DNA from: Takakia lepidozioides
Taxonomy: Eukaryota > Plantae > Bryophyta
DNA: 64,000 bases
NCBI GenBank assembly: GCA_030704615.1
Contig: JAKLZA010000030.1
Location: 9,001-73,000 of the forward strand
Direction of reading: 5' to 3'
Shown here piece after piece: positions 25,240-36,888 of the stretch. The notes beneath the pieces were generated by a model. The model had not been told where the DNA came from. It worked only from the letters and a program-made list of their open reading frames with translations, and searched no databases. Position 1 is the first letter of the stretch. Every line of letters starts with the position of its first letter. A program made the translations under genes and the position numbers.

Positions 25240-28200
25240 ATTTCATATTATGTTAGCTACAACTTCTGAACCTTTATCGCGTCCCCGCATAGAGAGGATG
25301 CTGGTGGTGATGGTAATCGACCATCGTCTTTTTCTCCAATTCGGGAGTGTTCTTCTTCGAGACCACGAGTGGGGATGTTTTTCAACAAACGGGATCACAC
25401 TCCACCTTTGTGGAGGCTACTCAAAAGTTACTGGACTTCTTTCATACAATACAAGAAGGATTTTAAAAGATTGCAACGTCTCAAAGCAACGTCGACCGAC
25501 TCAGATCTCAAGAAGTTGCTGGTAAAATCCCTCAAGCTTGTAGAATTCTAAGCTTGTGATTTCCTCTTTGGCCGTTCAACCTTCCCTCGATGCAAGCATT
25601 CAATCAGCCACTCTTGCTTTCCATGACACTTTACAAAAAGCCTTCATCAAGGCTTCATGTGGAGGTGTTGGCAGAAGCAGAAGCCACTTTGAGCAAATCA
25701 TCTGATCTTTTCATTGCTCGACTCCAGGAGATCAGATCCCATGTGGATGTCTCTTCTTGTCTTGACAATGATGAGGACTCTAGTTGGATTTTCGAGGAGC
25801 TTGAGTTTATATGCAATGAAGCCACCAAGTCTTGGTTTGCTGGAATCTCTTGTTTTCGTGCTAACCACAACTTGGCAACCGCTGTGAGGGAAAAGCTTTG
25901 CGTGAAAGGAACCGCGCTAAGGATGCCGCCATGGCAGATGCTGATGTTCTTCCGTGCGAGCCTTCCATTGTCAAGCTTGTTAGGAAAGAGGTGCAGAAGC
26001 AATTTTCCTCCAAAGGGAATAAGTCTTCTCTCTCCCCTAAGCAACAACAACGACCGCGTTCTTCTTCTCCTAACCGTCAGAAGCAACGGCAACGTGGCCG
26101 CTCAATTGCTCGTCAAGCTCTAAGGCTCAACCTACAAGAGCACTTCACCAAATGCCAAAGCAAGTTCTTTCAAGCAACAGGGAAATGGACAACAGCGGAG
26201 TGTGATTGCTCGCATCCGTTCCGCTGCATCGCATTTCTCTTTTCCGAGAAAATCCGCCCTACATTCTCAGACCCCTCATGGTTTTGGCAAACAAAAGTCG
26301 GGGCAAAGCCCACAACAGAAGCCCAAAAAGAAGGTAACTTGGGTAGGATCAAATCGAAAAGAGCCCGCAAGCTCTTTTGGTGGCAGTTGAGGGATGTAGA
26401 GGCTTATAAGCTTTGTCTTTTCTCTTGCAAGAGAGTCTCTCAAGTAGAGAATAGGTTAACCAATGTGATCATCCATAACATGGCCAATCGACCATTTTTG
26501 TTTTTTGAAAAGAAACTTTTAGGCTTAGGTTTGAGCTTCATTCCACATCCTACTCCTCCGTCTACTACTATTCTTGATGCTTATGAGGCTTTTCCTCGAC
26601 CTTTACATCTTCGACATCACTTCCGTGATGCTAGAGATAGACCCATTCCTCCATTTAGAGTCCCTAACCCTTCTTGGGATCAGTGTGTACGGCTTCCTGC
26701 TTTAGAAAATATCATTGCAGACGGTCGCGACATTGTAAAGCCTCGCTTCAAGGATGTGGCTCGCTCTGCCTTCAAGTCCTCTATTCGAGGCCATCTCAAG
26801 ACCGCAATGCGTGCTCTGACTACAGATGACTCCATCGTCATCAAACCCGCGGACAAAAATCTTGGGTTGGTGATCATGCGTAAGGATTGGTACATGGATG
26901 AGGCACACCGCCAACTCCACGATGGACATGTTTATGAATCTGTGGCAGAGATTCCATGGGACAATCTCAAGTATGATTTGGATGCAGTGCTCACTTCTGC
27001 TTTTATGCGGGGATTAATCGACAAGCAAGAAAAGGATTTTTTGGCTTTCAAGCCCCAAGGGGGCTACCGACCCTACATGTGCTATCTTGTGCCCAAAATG
27101 CACAAACCTGTGGTGGTTGGGAGACCAATTTGTTCGTACAATGGGTACCTTTTTGAGCACGCATCCAAGTGGTTACATTACCATTCGTTTCCTATTTTGC
27201 TTCAGGAACATAATCATTTGATAGATTCAATTTCTTTGTTGAAAGATCTGTCGAGTAGACAACTTCCTCAAGATGTGCTTCTATTCACCTTTGATGTGGG
27301 GTCATTGTACCCTAGCATTCCTACTGGGGACGAGCTTCGATGATTGAAGGACATGATTACCGACAAGCTCAAGTCACCCTGGTTTGAAGGACTCGTCATG
27401 AGTCTCCCATGGTCTTGGAGAACAACTATCTTCAATTTGGCTCGAGCTATTGGCATCAGATCCGAGGCATTGCAATGGGTAGCAATTTTGCTGTTGTGTA
27501 TGCTTGTATCTTTCTTTGCAGCTTAGAAAGAGAGTTGGCTTGCGCAGCAAGAGGTATATGGCCTTTGTACTACAAGAGATACATCGATGTCAGATTTGGA
27601 GTCTGGGAAGGATCTCGGGCAAGTTTGGAGACTTGGCTCGATCGATACAACTCTCTCAGTCCCACAATTCGCATTCAAAGGGTGATCTCTGACTACTGTT
27701 GACATTCTTGATATTCAATTCTTCAAGGGAGCTGATTTTGTCAATAGTGGGATTCTATCTTCGAGATGTCATCAGAAGGCACTCAACATATATCGGTACT
27801 TGCCATGGACATCCTGTCATCCGCGACACAAAAAACGAGCATTCATCGTTGGTGAGCTACGCCGATACACTTTGAGAGAAAGCACATGTGCAGGTTTTTC
27901 AGAGAGATATGAACGACTGCGTGCTCGAGGCTATTCAAAGTCTTTTATCTTAGAGTGTTTTAGACTATGTGACTATGCACAACGTGCTACACTGTTAGCT
28001 TCAGAATCCACTCGTAAGTTGATGGGTACGCGGGCCCCCTTGGTTCTGAAACTTGAGCATTCTCGATATACTCAAGCTCTAAACCTTGGGGGAGTCCTAA
28101 ACCCTAAACTGCATGAGCATCTTCTGAAAGTTCCGCAGTTAGCATCTTTTGACAAACCTATGGTTTGTTGGAAAAAACGAGGAATATACGTTCCTATTTA

Positions 28201-28345
28201 GTTCGTGCTAAGTTACAATAGTCAATTATATTGAATGAGATATTCTTGGCTTACAAGCATAAATTGGAAAAAGAACTTTTTCTTTTTTAATAAAAGACCT
28301 TTCCTCGGCTAAAGGAGATATTCTTGTCTTAACTGGCATAAGTTC
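25240..28345 (+). mobile_element. Near-complete Penelope-like element family A (long N-terminal region plus RT, endonuclease-less)
   Basis: IIHNMANR..LLGLGLSFIP, IVIKPADKNLGLVIM, YLVPKMHKP, LENNYLQF, RYID, ending VRAKLQ* at 28221. Nearly identical to 15793-17070; preceded by CCCTAAAC. Confidence 0.9.
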
Positions 28346-29300
28346 ACATTACTCTAGACACTGCTATGCCCACAATTCAACTTCATTATACATCCCTAGA
28401 AAATGCTTGGGACACAAGCCCACAAATTCATCTCCTCAACCCCGACAACATACCCCGTAAACAAACCACTCTAAAATTCTTTATGCAATTTAACATCACC
28501 ACAATTAGACAACTCACAGATGCTAATGGCACCAAACTTATCGACCCACATGCTTTTCGACTAAAATACCCCAAACCACCATCGCGTTCCCAACATGTTC
28601 ATTTGCAATACCTCCAAACACTACTATGTTTTCCCACTCCTGCATGCATAGCACACATTTGTTCAAGACAATGTAACTCTTCTCCCATCATCCATGGGAG
28701 CTGCTCCCTCAATATTCATCGAGGCCGGCGCAAAACCAAATCCAAGCACTATTTCATGGCTGCCCTAAACCCAACAAGCGTCCGTTCCACACAACCACAA
28801 GCACCCTAGCCGCAACCAACCCAACCAATTGCTACATCATCGCCATTTGTTGATCACCCCGTAAGACACCCCGTAACACCCATCCACACATTAGATGAAA
28901 TACAAGGTATAACTCAAACAATGTCATCGGATCAATATGGAGCCACATGTGTCAAAACTCTGTATAATTGTCAATGGAAGGGAATACTCCCAAACGTAAC
29001 ACCTGGGAAAACAATGATTATCTTTTTAACACCCACGGAAACCCCAATCTACACCATAATATTCAGATGGTTACCGAACACCACCGACGAACCAATTATC
29101 GCATATTCATACCCAACACGCAGATGAACCACAAACCAGTGATAGACGCTTCATCAGCCCACCAAGAAGTATCCCAAATCTACACATCTCTATAGCTGAA
29201 TGTAAACCAGATAAACATCTTGAAGTCTCAACCCCACATTCACACTCATAATAACTTGGCACACATATATGGTCCACTAGGGTACTACATTGGTAGCATT
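28346..29300 (+). mobile_element. Internal fragment of a non-LTR retrotransposon (post-RT region, RandI/Dualen-like) with a chromodomain-like segment
   Basis: NITTIRQLTDANG; YNCQWKG...NTWE; ECKPDKHL...AHIYGPLG; C/A-rich sense strand typical of LINEs. Confidence 0.4.
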
Positions 29301-32250
29301 TGTTAGAGGGCTGCTTGGGACTTAGACGCTTTTACGGGTTCTGTGGGGTACCCTTAATTTTTGCGCAGACTGAGACCAACAGGAGCCTTAGGGGTGGCAG
29401 CAGCAGGCTTAGGGGGGTTACACAGCCCGCCACAGCTTCGCACAGCCCGACACAGCCCATCACAGCCCGCCACAACTTCGCACAGCCCGACACAGCCCGT
29501 CACAGCCAGTCACAGCCAACAGCCCGACACAGCCGACACAGCCGCCACACAGCCACACAGTCACAGCCCGACACAGCCTTACACAGCCAGTCACAGCTTG
29601 ACACAGCCTATCACAGTACATAGGGAACAGTTATCATTGACAAGGAACGACTGTGAGGGAATGACATCTGCAGAGGGAACGGGTTACTTTAGGGATGACG
29701 GTTAGTTAGTTAGGTGGTTAGAACAGCTTGGGGGTAGATAAGGAGAGCAGCAACGAAAAGAATGACACTTCACGGGGGAGCGCTTGGGGGTCATGCATGA
29801 GAGGAGATCAGGCGGAGAGGAAGAAGGAGAGCACGGAGAAGCAGGAGAGATGAACAGTAGATGCTTGTTACATACAAAGCTGTAGTGATACTGTAGGACA
29901 GATTAGTGTCACCATGGCATCGCCCTGATAACTGATAAATCATAATCTGATACTTATTCGATACAATCGCACTGTATAGAGAGACATTAGTGAAGCTGTG
30001 GAATGAATGCATGATTCACTGGAATTTAGTAGATACTGAAGCAATCTGATGCTTCAGTATAACACGGTAAGGTAAATTGATAACATGAAGGCGAGAAGGA
30101 ATACAAATAGGAAGCACAACCATGATACACTAGCTGCAGGTCATGACTGATTGTTCTGAGCGGGCTGAGTGCTTAGAGATATCCAACTCTTCTATCTTGG
30201 AGTTTCCACCTCGGATAGCGAAGGGCTGGGTGAGTAAAAGCCGCCTGACATTTGGCGACCATACTGGGGAACTGGGTCATGAACAGCCAGATATGACAGA
30301 CATCTGGTGGGATCATGGTGGTTGGAGAATTAAAGAATTTGATGTGAATCAATTTCCCTGTGAAACTGAGAAGGAAAGATTGTCCAAACAATTCTTTCAG
30401 AGGTTCTTGGAATTGCCAGACGGTTGTAAGGAAAACATTCTTAAGAGAATGCATGATGCTGATCCCGAGTGGGGTCTGGAGAAAGGGGTGATAAAGATTT
30501 ATCAGGTGGCCTGTAGAGGAAGAGCACGTTGGTTACCAACACTGGTTTATGTGATAGCATTGCTATCCATTAAGCGAGTAGAGTTTGAAGGCTGGGAGGA
30601 AAGTAAGGTGAATGTTTATACTCATATGCATGAGGAGCTTGTACTGGTAAAGAATTGGATTCCAAAGGATATTTTGTGGATCAAACTCACACCAAGAACA
30701 ACTTTCCAGACTTGTTTGCCATATGGTTATATGGTAACGGAGACTTCTAGTATAGCCAAGGGCATGGAAGCTTGAAAGAAACCCAAGCATATATGAGAGA
30801 TACTACAGAAGAGAGTTTTGGTTATTGCCACATTAAAGAAATGAAAGACATGGGACATGAGTGATGAAAGAGAAGCTAGACTCTAGAGATATTCAGCAAA
30901 AAGATAAAGTTATCTGAAAGCTAATTATCCATATCTTTGGGAGAGAGGAATAGACAAGGGGAATCATCTGGACCTCTCACACCATTAAGATCAGAGAGTA
31001 CATCATCCATACCGGAAGAACTAGAGTTGGATACCACTCCTTCTTTTTCTTTGCAAGAAAGATTAAGGGAATTGGTACTGGAAGAAGATCAACCACGAGG
31101 TGAAAGATCTGAGGTACATCCCTGGATAAAAGATTTGACAGAAATCTTTGATAAGAGTTGGCATGGAACAGCAAAAGCAAGAACCAGTTTCTGAAACGGA
31201 AAATGAAGAATGAGGAGAGGATGTGGCAGAGCCAACGGAGAGTTCAGACTCTCCAACACCGTTGCAGTTGAGTTACATGAGTGAAGAAGAAACCCAAGGG
31301 CAGAACTTGGAGGATGAAAACAGAGAGAAGAAACTGGAAGAGGAAGAGTATGAAGAAGTATACCCAACAGCTGAGGTTGAGACTACAACCAGGACATCCC
31401 AACCCGTTGGACCTGGATCAAGTGGAGCACTTGGATCAGAGGCCAACGAAGGTGTCGGCTCAGGGGGCAGCCTGGATCTGGCTCTGGGGGGACAGGAGTG
31501 TGGGAAGTAGTGCAACTAGAGCTGGCCCACCAGTACTTGCCAGGGGGGGAGTTGTTCCACCACTCAAGGTCCTCACCCACACGCCCCCAGTCAAGTCAAG
31601 GGGGCACCAGCAAGGTTCAATGGGCAAAAGGTAGGGCCACAAATGGCGTTACAACCAACACGGGCAAAACCACCTTTTCCAATATATTTAGGAAAAGGGG
31701 ATCCTGATGTACACATTAGCCAATTGAGCACATGTGTATTGTGAACAATGAGAATGACGATGATGCCAAGATGAGACTGTTTCCTTGTTCACTTATCAAG
31801 AAAGCAAGTGAATGGTATGCAAGATTCCCTGATAATCATTTCCTAACCTGGAATGGCTTGAATACAACATTCCGAAATAGGTTCAGGACAAGTAAAACTG
31901 AGGATGAAGTGTATGGAAATTTACAACAGTTAAAGCAAAAGAAGCATGAAACTGTTGAGGAGTATATGGAAAAGATGGAATTGATGGTGAAAAAGCTGGC
32001 TGCTGTACCAGCATCAAGTTTACAGAAGACTTGGTTTGTGAGTGGACTATGACTAGAGTTGCAAAAGAAAGTGGATATGTTACCCCATAATACAGTGGAG
32101 GAGGCATTTGAAACAGCGAACAGAATTGAGCAATTGGGAATGCTCATGAGGGAGAAAAGGGATGATGAGGACTCTGAGGATGAGTCAGATGAGGAAGAAG
32201 AGCAAGAGCTAAAGGAAGAGTAAGAGGAATGAGAAGTTGAAGAGGGATAA
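29301..32250 (+). mobile_element. Tat-like Ty3/Gypsy copy 3 (5' LTR 29301-30250, PBS 30253-30270, extra ORF, truncated gag)
   Basis: Colinear and highly similar to 605-3410; homology ends at ~32250. Confidence 0.92.
30143..30775 (+). CDS. Extra ORF starting at an ATG inside the LTR and reading through the PBS
   Basis: 210-aa ORF, paralog of 1358..1975. Confidence 0.6.
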   Translation: MTDCSERAECLEISNSSILEFPPRIAKGWVSKSRLTFGDHTGELGHEQPDMTDIWWDHGGWRIKEFDVNQFPCETEKERLSKQFFQRFLELPDGCKENILKRMHDADPEWGLEKGVIKIYQVACRGRARWLPTLVYVIALLSIKRVEFEGWEESKVNVYTHMHEELVLVKNWIPKDILWIKLTPRTTFQTCLPYGYMVTETSSIAKGMEA

Positions 32251-32838
32251 CTCAGTGGCTGCCTAAATTGGCTGAGGGATTTTGTATCAATTTAGATTTT
32301 CCCTATGTGCTTAAAGTACTCCAGTTTGATCATCACAGCATGGATGAATAGTATGTAACATCTCTAATTGTGGTGTAAATTTGTATCTCTTTGTAAGTCC
32401 CCAAAACCTAACCCCACCTGGCTGGTGCACCAAAATGACAACTAGTCAAGCTTCACAGAGGAGAAGAGATAGTAGACTAAGTAGCAGGATGTCAGAAACT
32501 GCTGATACGGCCCACTTAAGAGCTGTTTCTTGGAGCCCTCCTCAATGCGACTCATATTTGTCCAGCTGATATATTCCTCCAGAAAATGTTTGTATTTGCA
32601 GTGGTAACGTTTACATTCAAATCACTCGTAGTATTCACACGAATATGGGATACTGTTGGAAGCTCTTTATCATTTGGATCACTAGTATACTCAAATCTGC
32701 CAACACCAACACAGTAGACATAATGTCATTTATGCAGGGTGCTTGCGGCGTAACATTCCATTTGTATCCTTGATATAGGATATTAGTTTGAACAAGTTCA
32801 GCTGTTTAGTGTAAGCCAGTGAAAGTGGCACCGATGGT

Positions 32839-35115
32839 TTGCAATTAGCTGAGTCCCTCAAATCTGCAGAGGGGGTGAGGATTGTCAAGAAGGATCAGAA
32901 AGTGCAAAAAATGACGACATATACCTCTGACTTTCTTGGCCTCCCCACCACCACTTGGCCTCTTCTGGAAGGGATGGAAAAATGCAGGAGAAGGAGTAGT
33001 AATGGAGTGGTGGACTCTGGCATTGATCCCACACACCCCAGGTTGCAAACAGCTCCTCGGAGCCATATCTGACAATTCCATCATTCACATGAACCTGTGA
33101 AGTTGGGCCTGCATTCCCTTTGGGTTCTTGCAACGGGAAAATTGTAGGAGCCCGCCACTTTGCAGCATCTGCAATTGCTCAAGGTTTTTTCAATTCAACA
33201 AGAGATCTTGCTTCTCCCTGTGATGTGGATGGCCATGGCAGGTGGGTTCGTGTTGCTTGAGATTATATCGGATTCTGCTCGCTGTTGTCCGTTTTTCCGT
33301 CACCCTCTTGATTTCTGTCTCTGCATTGTTTCTGTGATTGCCCATATTTATCTCTATTGGTCCTTGCTTCCATAGTATGTGTCCACTGTCTTCTTTGGGG
33401 TTGCTGTGCTGGACATTCTTCTTCCTCTTGTGGCTCTCCCTCTCTCTTTTCATCTTGATCTCCGGATCCCACCTTCTTTCCTCTCTCTCCAAGTTCGCTG
33501 CCAAATGGTTGAGTGAGAGAGGAGAAGATGAAGAAATCTACTAGGGGTCCATGGAGGCCCAGAGGCCTAGACATAGGTTCTTGACAAAATTCTTCGTTTA
33601 ATACCGGCTTTATCAAAGACTGAACATTCTAAGCCTTGGTTGTCAATATCCTTGCTTTGTTTTGACCACAGGGAATGGAGGACCCAGCATGGGGTCAATA
33701 CTGTCCTATAGTCCTTGGGTCACCACTGTGGTGGCATCCACCACTGATCGCTCCTACCCAAAGTCACTTGTACTTGGCAACAATGTCACCCTTCCCGGAG
33801 TTGGCCTGCCAGAAATTTCTCTACAAAGAGGGACTTAACAGTGTATGTTTTTTGATGTCACAAGCTATTGTTCTTGTACGGGACGAAACCCTCTCTCTTT
33901 AGCAAGATAGAATAACTGGAATTGAGATCTCTTCCGACTTCCATCTCTTACACTGTTCTCTGGCTAGCAAAGCAGTATGTGGATCTCTTCAAATATCGTT
34001 CTTTCTTTCTTCTCTCTTAGGTGTAAGCTCAGTTATGAACCACGGCATGTCTCACTCATGTCAGCCTCTTGGCATCTTCCCACCACTTACATTTTCTTAG
34101 AACTAAACAGAAGTACATCACAACAAGTTCTATCTCCGTGAAATTGGTTGCAGCTCCTACAAGTGGGTATGAAGTATTCAGATTGGTTTCAGCAATTGAT
34201 GCTTTCAATGGGGACAGCTCTTACGTCGATGTAACTGATTGCCAGGATCCAAGGGCATTTGACATATCCAAAGTCCAGGGAAACATTCTCCTGTGTCTAT
34301 TATCCATTGATTTTTCGTCCCAAACTGCCACCATCGAGAAAGTTGGGCAAACCGCCAGTGCTCTTGGAGCTAGTGGATTTATATTGGGCTCTTGATCCTG
34401 CAATAGGTATACATCCTGGCCCCCAACTCCTGCTCCTGTTCCTGGAAGTGTTTTGACCGACATGGACTCCTCCAAGGTGCGTCAATCCTCAATCTTGTGT
34501 GCATGCATGCATGCATGTGATTCCTCTCATTGCCTTTCTGTGGTATGGTTTGACTTAATAACTCCATGCAGAATTGTGACCATGCAGATACTCTTGAACC
34601 ATTATAGTGAATCAACAGTGCGAGATGTGGCAGGCAAGCCCATCACATTTGGTGCCCTGGCGAGAATGACAGATGGGCGGCAAGCTGTTTATGGTGGTGA
34701 AGCCCCAATTGTTACCTACTATTCCTCAAGGGGTCCAGACCTTCTCAACGTGTACCAGCCTGCAGATGTGTTGAAACCTGATATTTTGGTGCCCGGTGAT
34801 TTGATCTGGGGAGCATGGAGCCACCTTAGTACAGATGAAGGGTTTCTTTTAGGTAGGCGGTTGACAGTCCAAAACGTGGGTGCAACAGAAACTTATTCTA
34901 TCGATGTTGTAGCACCCACAGGGTGGTCAGCCACTGTGAGTCCCCTGGAGTTTACTTTGCAGCAGGGAGAGTCAGTGGCAATCTCCATGACTCTCGCAGC
35001 CATTGAAAACTCTCTGGATGCATTCAGTTTTGGAGAGCTACTAATGTTGGGCAACACTGGTCACATAGTTCGTGTACCCATAACAGTCTCATCTTGCTCA
35101 GTCACACATTTGTAG
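32839..35115 (+). pseudogene. Degenerate SBT2-type subtilisin-like protease lacking the catalytic-Ser segment
   Basis: TTYTSDFLGLP, GVVDSGIDP, CNGKIVGARHF, DGHG, GNGGP, PA domain and YSSRGP..LKPDILVPG, then a direct jump to the Fn3 region with no GTSM motif. Confidence 0.8.
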
Positions 35116-35963
35116 AGCTCCATTGCGTCCCCTCGCTGTACACAGACTCGAGGTGTGATACTGAGGTGTGCAAAGTTGGACTACCACTTTGACCATGAAG
35201 AGATGTGGTCAGAGATACAATAGAATTAAGTAAGAGAAACAACTTATCAACGACATAGTTATAAAACTTCAAATGATAACAGGCATGCCCTCACTTGGAG
35301 TCCAAAGTTGCTGCCAAATGTCAGAGAATTTGACTGACAGTAACTTCTTGGGGAACTTAGCCTCCAATTTATGGAAGCAGGGGTGTTACATAGATACCCA
35401 TGACAGATGCCACTAGCACTAGCTGATGTACTATGAGGCATTGGGACTGTTATCTACAGGAGATGAAAATGAAAGTCCAAAATTTTGTACTTTGCACAAG
35501 CATCGGGTTCGGCAGAATCGGGTATCTATGCTCGCGGTGAATGCAATTACTTCCACTCCACCATCTCTTAGTGCGGGCATTTCAGTTGTCAGTTAGCTTC
35601 CATCAATAACAGGCATTCAAAGCAAATACAGCCTTTCAAGCTCAGTACTTCCAAGTTGAAATGCACTGTTGACAAGACAATTCCCAGCACACTTGAATGC
35701 AACCAAGAAACACACACGGTTGAAGTAAAAGTATATATCAGCTTCGTCTTCTTGGCAATCCAAAAGCCAAAGCCAAATTCAACCTCAATCCAAAAGCCAA
35801 ATTCTTCTTGGAATTCAACCTCAAACTTGCCATATGTGGAGCCCAAGGTGATCTGAGTAACTGTCCATTGTCGAGGATTCATTGGTCATCCCACCATAAA
35901 AGAAAAGGCAACGTCATTTAGAGTACAGACTGGTTTCGATGCAATGGAATTCAACCTACATCG

Positions 35964-36888
35964 CTATGAAACTCTCATCGACGAGGAATCTTCGTAATCG
36001 AACTTGATATCTACCCTCCTGAATTCGTCGCTAAGCTCAATGTATTCGACAGTGCTAAGATCCTTGTCGATGAGCTCCTTGCTATATTCTTGATACTCGG
36101 GCTTCACCCGGCGTACAGGGACTGTGACAGAGTAGACTGTTCCAAGGTCAGGGTCAGAAGTGACATCCAGCTGCACCTTCTCCTCCGACTCTATCTCTAC
36201 AAAATCAGAGAGTGCGCCCACAATGTTGGTCACAATTCGTCGCTTGGCCTCATCATTCACAGAGCAACGATCCGAAATGAGGATCATTTTGAGGCGCTGC
36301 TTGCAATCTCAGCATTGGAAGATCGCTTGACTTTGGGAGGAACAAAATCTGCCATGCCCGTGCCAATCGATCAAAGAAGTTCTCCTCCTTATCATTGTCA
36401 CTGATAGAGAACCTTGGGAATTGTTAGTGATCGCGATGTCAGGCATGCCCGAATCATGAAGCTGTGCTCGGCATGGCTGCGTCCTCTCAATTCTGTGACA
36501 TCCTAACTTCGTTTCCAACCCCAAGCTAACCCAAACTGGGCCTCTGGGACAATCGAAAACGGCACAGTCTCGTACTCACCTGGCCAAGCAGAGTACCGTC
36601 AGAGAAGCAAGCATTCCTCTGCAAGCCCATACTTCTCGCTCAGTAATCCTACTCTCTAACCGGCCATGATTGAAGTGCTCCCAACATACCAAGAACTCTC
36701 TGACATGTACAGCAGAAGGACACAGAACGCCTCTGCCACTGAAGATCTCACCAAACAAACTCTACCTCATCGAAAGACTCTACTGATCGAGACGAGGCAT
36801 CACTTACCCTGACGGATGCTACAGAAGCCAATTGAAGTGCTGCCCCCTGCCATTGTGCGCTCGGAACCGACTGAGCAATACTACACAT
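35964..36888 (-). CDS. MINE1: Plastid division topological specificity factor MinE (2 exons; intron donor at 36579; apparent 1-bp indels)
   Basis: SNAEIAKQRLKMILISDRCSVNDEAKRRIVTNIVGALSDFVEIESEEKVQLDV..DLGTVYSVTVPVRRVKPEYQE matches plant MinE1; Ser/Ala-rich transit-peptide-like N-terminus. Confidence 0.9.

Noticed and set aside
35964-36888. Bacterial minE indicating contamination
   Set aside because: Plant-type sequence with a transit-peptide-like N-terminus and a GT-AG intron; no minC/minD operon.
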